Shown here: positions 61,300-64,000 of the stretch, piece by piece
Layout: each line of letters starts with the position of its first letter
How positions within the stretch are numbered: the stretch's first letter is position 1
Virus record (IMG/VR): IMGVR_UViG_3300027747_002638
Length of the DNA: 64,000 bases
Strand: one strand, 5' to 3'
From: a virus
Translations under genes and position numbers: made by a program
The notes under the pieces: model-generated
What the model was told of the DNA's origin: nothing
Database searches by the model: none
What the model saw: only the letters and a program-made list of their open reading frames with translations

Positions 61300-61947
61300 A
61301 TGCCAAATATATATAATCCCAATTTTAATCAAAACGTCGTTGAGGTTTACACAGAAGAGCCAGGATTTACTGGATTTAAGGGTCTAGACTGGACAAAACT
61401 TGACAGTATAGAAGATATATTAACTGGAGTTGGCGGAACAGGCCCAAATACTTATTTAAGTGGTATCCTAGAAGACACAAATATTATCATAAACAATACT
61501 AGTGGTATTCTAAGCGAGTCAAACTCAATTGATAATAAATTATTTATAACTGGCGATCCATATCCAGCAGGGGTCCAAGGAACAATCGTATTTCAAGCTG
61601 ATTTAAGTCAGCAATTTGACGCAGTTACAACTTTTCCAGAGCAAAGCACTGGCATCAGTAATTTTACAGTTAGTGGAAGCAATGGTTTAGTATTACCAGC
61701 CAATTCATATCGTAGAGAATTTTTTGTACAAAACTTAGCTACAGGCGTACTTTATGTTAAATATGGTTTAAATGCAAATGCAAGTAGCTTTAATTTTGTT
61801 CTTGCTGGAAATACTTCAACAAACGCTGGAGATGGTGGAAGCTTAAATGATGAAGGTTATGTTGGAAACGTTAGCGTTAGTGGACTAGCTAACGTAAGAT
61901 ATATTAGTTGGGAAAGAACAAATATAAATAAAACTCCATTAGTTTAA
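61300..61947 (+). CDS. putative virion protein
   Basis: LPANSYRREFFVQNL...LYVKYG motif; GTGTAA 12 nt upstream of MPNIY. Confidence 0.55.
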   Translation: MPNIYNPNFNQNVVEVYTEEPGFTGFKGLDWTKLDSIEDILTGVGGTGPNTYLSGILEDTNIIINNTSGILSESNSIDNKLFITGDPYPAGVQGTIVFQADLSQQFDAVTTFPEQSTGISNFTVSGSNGLVLPANSYRREFFVQNLATGVLYVKYGLNANASSFNFVLAGNTSTNAGDGGSLNDEGYVGNVSVSGLANVRYISWERTNINKTPLV

Positions 61948-61962
61948 GATGGGTTTGACTAT

Positions 61963-62391
61963 ATGATAGTCAAAAAAACAAAACAATTGGGAAACTTTAA
62001 AAAGGGAATAAATTTATATGTTCCTAGAAGAAGAATATCAGCTGCGCCAACAACAATTGCTCTTGGCACACCTCTCCTATATTTAAGCGGTCTCACATTT
62101 CCATCAGTAGATGGACAATGGTCTTATCCTTCAATTCAAAATCCATATTATTGGGAAGTAGCTGTAAATGGTTGGCTTAGCCAATATGGTAATGGATCAA
62201 TTTTATGGGATTCCTATGCCACGTGGTTCATTGAAGTTCAAGGTTTTTATGAAACTGGAGACGAAAATGGTGGTTATACTAGTAGAACAGCGGCCAGAAT
62301 AACAGCGCCATCTTCTGCTCTTCCATTATATGGATGGACAAACGAATCTTGGGTTACTGGTGGAACAATTGTCATCAGTACAACTCCGTAA
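61963..62391 (+). CDS. putative virion accessory protein
   Basis: N-terminal leader shared with 62419..63189. Confidence 0.55.
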   Translation: MIVKKTKQLGNFKKGINLYVPRRRISAAPTTIALGTPLLYLSGLTFPSVDGQWSYPSIQNPYYWEVAVNGWLSQYGNGSILWDSYATWFIEVQGFYETGDENGGYTSRTAARITAPSSALPLYGWTNESWVTGGTIVISTTP

Positions 62392-62418
62392 TGAACACCA
62401 TCACCGCCGTTTAATTAT

Positions 62419-63189
62419 ATGATAGTCAATAAAACAAACAGATTGGGAAATTTTAGAAGAGGAATAAATTTATATGTTCCTAGAAAATTAAATAATACTT
62501 TAGGCGGCAATGGCTTAAGCCCACAAACTGCTGGAAGTAGCGCCTATCAAATTAAAAGAGATTTTGCAAATAGTACAGATGGTATTTATTGGATTAAAAA
62601 TAATAATATTAATAGTGGAACTCCATTCCAAATTTATGCAGATATGACAACTGATGGTGGTGGTTGGACATTAATAATGTTAAATAATTATTGCTCTGGA
62701 TGGACTTATGAAAATGCAATTTTAAGAAATCAATCTAATCCGCCAGCATCTCCAGATAATAGACCACGACAAGGTGAAGGAGCAGATGGTTCTGATACCT
62801 ACAGTATAATAGCTTATGCAGATTATATTAAAAAATCTTCTAGTGGATTTCAATATATGATAGATGCATATTCTAGAAGATCTTATGGAGCAATTTGGAC
62901 AGCAAATGGAAATTATAGTTTTATAAATACAAATAATAGTCAAACAAATATTACTATAAATACAAAATTTGGAACATGGACCTATTATACCAACGGTGGA
63001 ATTTCAGAAAGAATGCCGTGGTACAGTAATAATTCAGGATTTATAACAACTAGCGATACTGGTGGTAATTATTGGTGGGGAACATTAATAACTGCAATAG
63101 GTTGGTTTCCAACTCCATGGATGTCAGAAGGGTGTGGTGAAGAAGGATGCATGGAACAACCTGGAATTATTTGGTATTGGGTTAGATAA
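62419..63189 (+). CDS. fibrinogen-like domain virion protein
   Basis: DGIYWIK...QIYADMTTDGGGWTLI. Confidence 0.7.
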   Translation: MIVNKTNRLGNFRRGINLYVPRKLNNTLGGNGLSPQTAGSSAYQIKRDFANSTDGIYWIKNNNINSGTPFQIYADMTTDGGGWTLIMLNNYCSGWTYENAILRNQSNPPASPDNRPRQGEGADGSDTYSIIAYADYIKKSSSGFQYMIDAYSRRSYGAIWTANGNYSFINTNNSQTNITINTKFGTWTYYTNGGISERMPWYSNNSGFITTSDTGGNYWWGTLITAIGWFPTPWMSEGCGEEGCMEQPGIIWYWVR

Positions 63190-63221
63190 TTAAAGTTAAA
63201 ATAGTGTAATGTATTAATAAT

Positions 63222-64000
63222 ATGGAAATTGACTTATCAAATAATATTACTGCAGCTAAAAAAGGCAAAGCACCTTTAAATAAACCATTCAGACTTCCTT
63301 CTGGTAGTAAAAAGAAATTTGGAGTTTACGTTAAGAATGATAAAGGTAATATTGTAAAAGTTACTTTTGGTGATCCAAATATGTCTATTAAAAGAGATAA
63401 TCCAGAAAGACGCAAAGCATATAGAGCAAGACATGGTTGCAGCAATCCAGGACCAAAATGGAAAGCAAATTACTGGAGTTGTAAAATGTGGAGCGCAAAA
63501 CCAGTAAGTAAAATTACCGCAAGTGAAGAAGAGATTACTTTAGAGGCAGAAGTTCAAGGAAAAAATAAAGGACTTTGGTACAACATTCAACAAAAGAAAA
63601 AAAGAATGGGTAAAAATTATCGCCCAGCAAAACCAGGATCTCCAAATCGTCCAACAGAAGAAGCACTTAAAAAAGCTCAAGCAGATGATTATACTAATCA
63701 AGATTACAACTGGGATGGAGAAACAGAATTTGATCAAAATCAATTTACTAAAGAAGATCCAACTTTAAATGAAGTAGAAACAATGGACGACCATGATATG
63801 GAAGCTCTTGAAATGAGTGAAAGTCAATTGTCAGCAATCGCAGATAAATCAGAACAACTTCTTGAAGCAATGGCTGATCCAGAAGTTGCAGACGATATAT
63901 TAGAACCTTGGATTCAAAATAAATTAGCAATTCTTGATGATTATATGGCTACAATTTATGATTATATTATGTATCCATCAAAAGAAGAAGAAATGCAAGA
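63222..64000 (+). CDS. conserved phage protein, truncated by the window end
   Basis: KKFGVYVKN...VTFGDPNMSIKRDNPERRKAYRARHGC...ANYWSCKMW; open to the window end; GTGTAA upstream. Confidence 0.7.
   Translation, partial: MEIDLSNNITAAKKGKAPLNKPFRLPSGSKKKFGVYVKNDKGNIVKVTFGDPNMSIKRDNPERRKAYRARHGCSNPGPKWKANYWSCKMWSAKPVSKITASEEEITLEAEVQGKNKGLWYNIQQKKKRMGKNYRPAKPGSPNRPTEEALKKAQADDYTNQDYNWDGETEFDQNQFTKEDPTLNEVETMDDHDMEALEMSESQLSAIADKSEQLLEAMADPEVADDILEPWIQNKLAILDDYMATIYDYIMYPSKEEEMQ

Noticed and set aside
285-63930. Antisense/alternate-frame ORFs in the track (e.g. 285-566, 8507-8734, 8969-9343, 11502-11732, 12076-12288, 16840-17130, 18607-18894, 57032-57334, 63540-63930)
   Set aside because: They overlap better-supported genes, repeats or RNAs and lack promoters or motifs.
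1-64000. Stop-codon reassignment
   Set aside because: Conserved genes (nrdAB, ligase, rIIA, purA) are full length in the standard code, and no suppressor tRNA was seen.

Overview
A 64-kb segment of a large, AT-rich, apparently lytic dsDNA tailed phage. The host is tentatively Verrucomicrobia/PVC, from a DUF4032-like small protein and a 3D-domain protein of the type I associate with that phylum. Layout: virion/adhesin-like genes at 1-7.9 kb; a non-coding junction with G/C runs at 7.9-8.3 kb; an 11-kb early/accessory island at 8.3-19.45 kb (SleB-like hydrolase, GP88, ArdC, DUF932, paralogous small genes, 4 tRNAs); a long minus-strand run of small genes with rIIA/rIIB, RuvB, ligase, UvsE, glycosylase, HNHs, SET, tRNA-Ser and tmRNA at 19.5-52.4 kb; then plus-strand nucleotide metabolism (dCMP deaminase, dNMP kinase, nrdAB, purA), a sigma factor and more virion genes. 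The most striking unexplained structure is in the early island: 10 copies of a 75-bp module plus 4 lone boxes. Each module is a 27-bp palindromic box made of two inverted IHF-consensus-like half-sites, a fixed 21-bp spacer with GCAGGG, and a second box. The promoter-facing boxes sit 17 or 27 bp from sigma70 -35 elements. Other highlights: near-universal leaderless promoters whose TTGAC often supplies the upstream stop codon; a second GTGTAA promoter class; three unannotated structured RNAs with their own promoters; and atypical tRNAs (TAT with a long variable arm, Ser-ACT, short-arm Leu-TAA). All calls were made by eye, with no database searches or folding runs.
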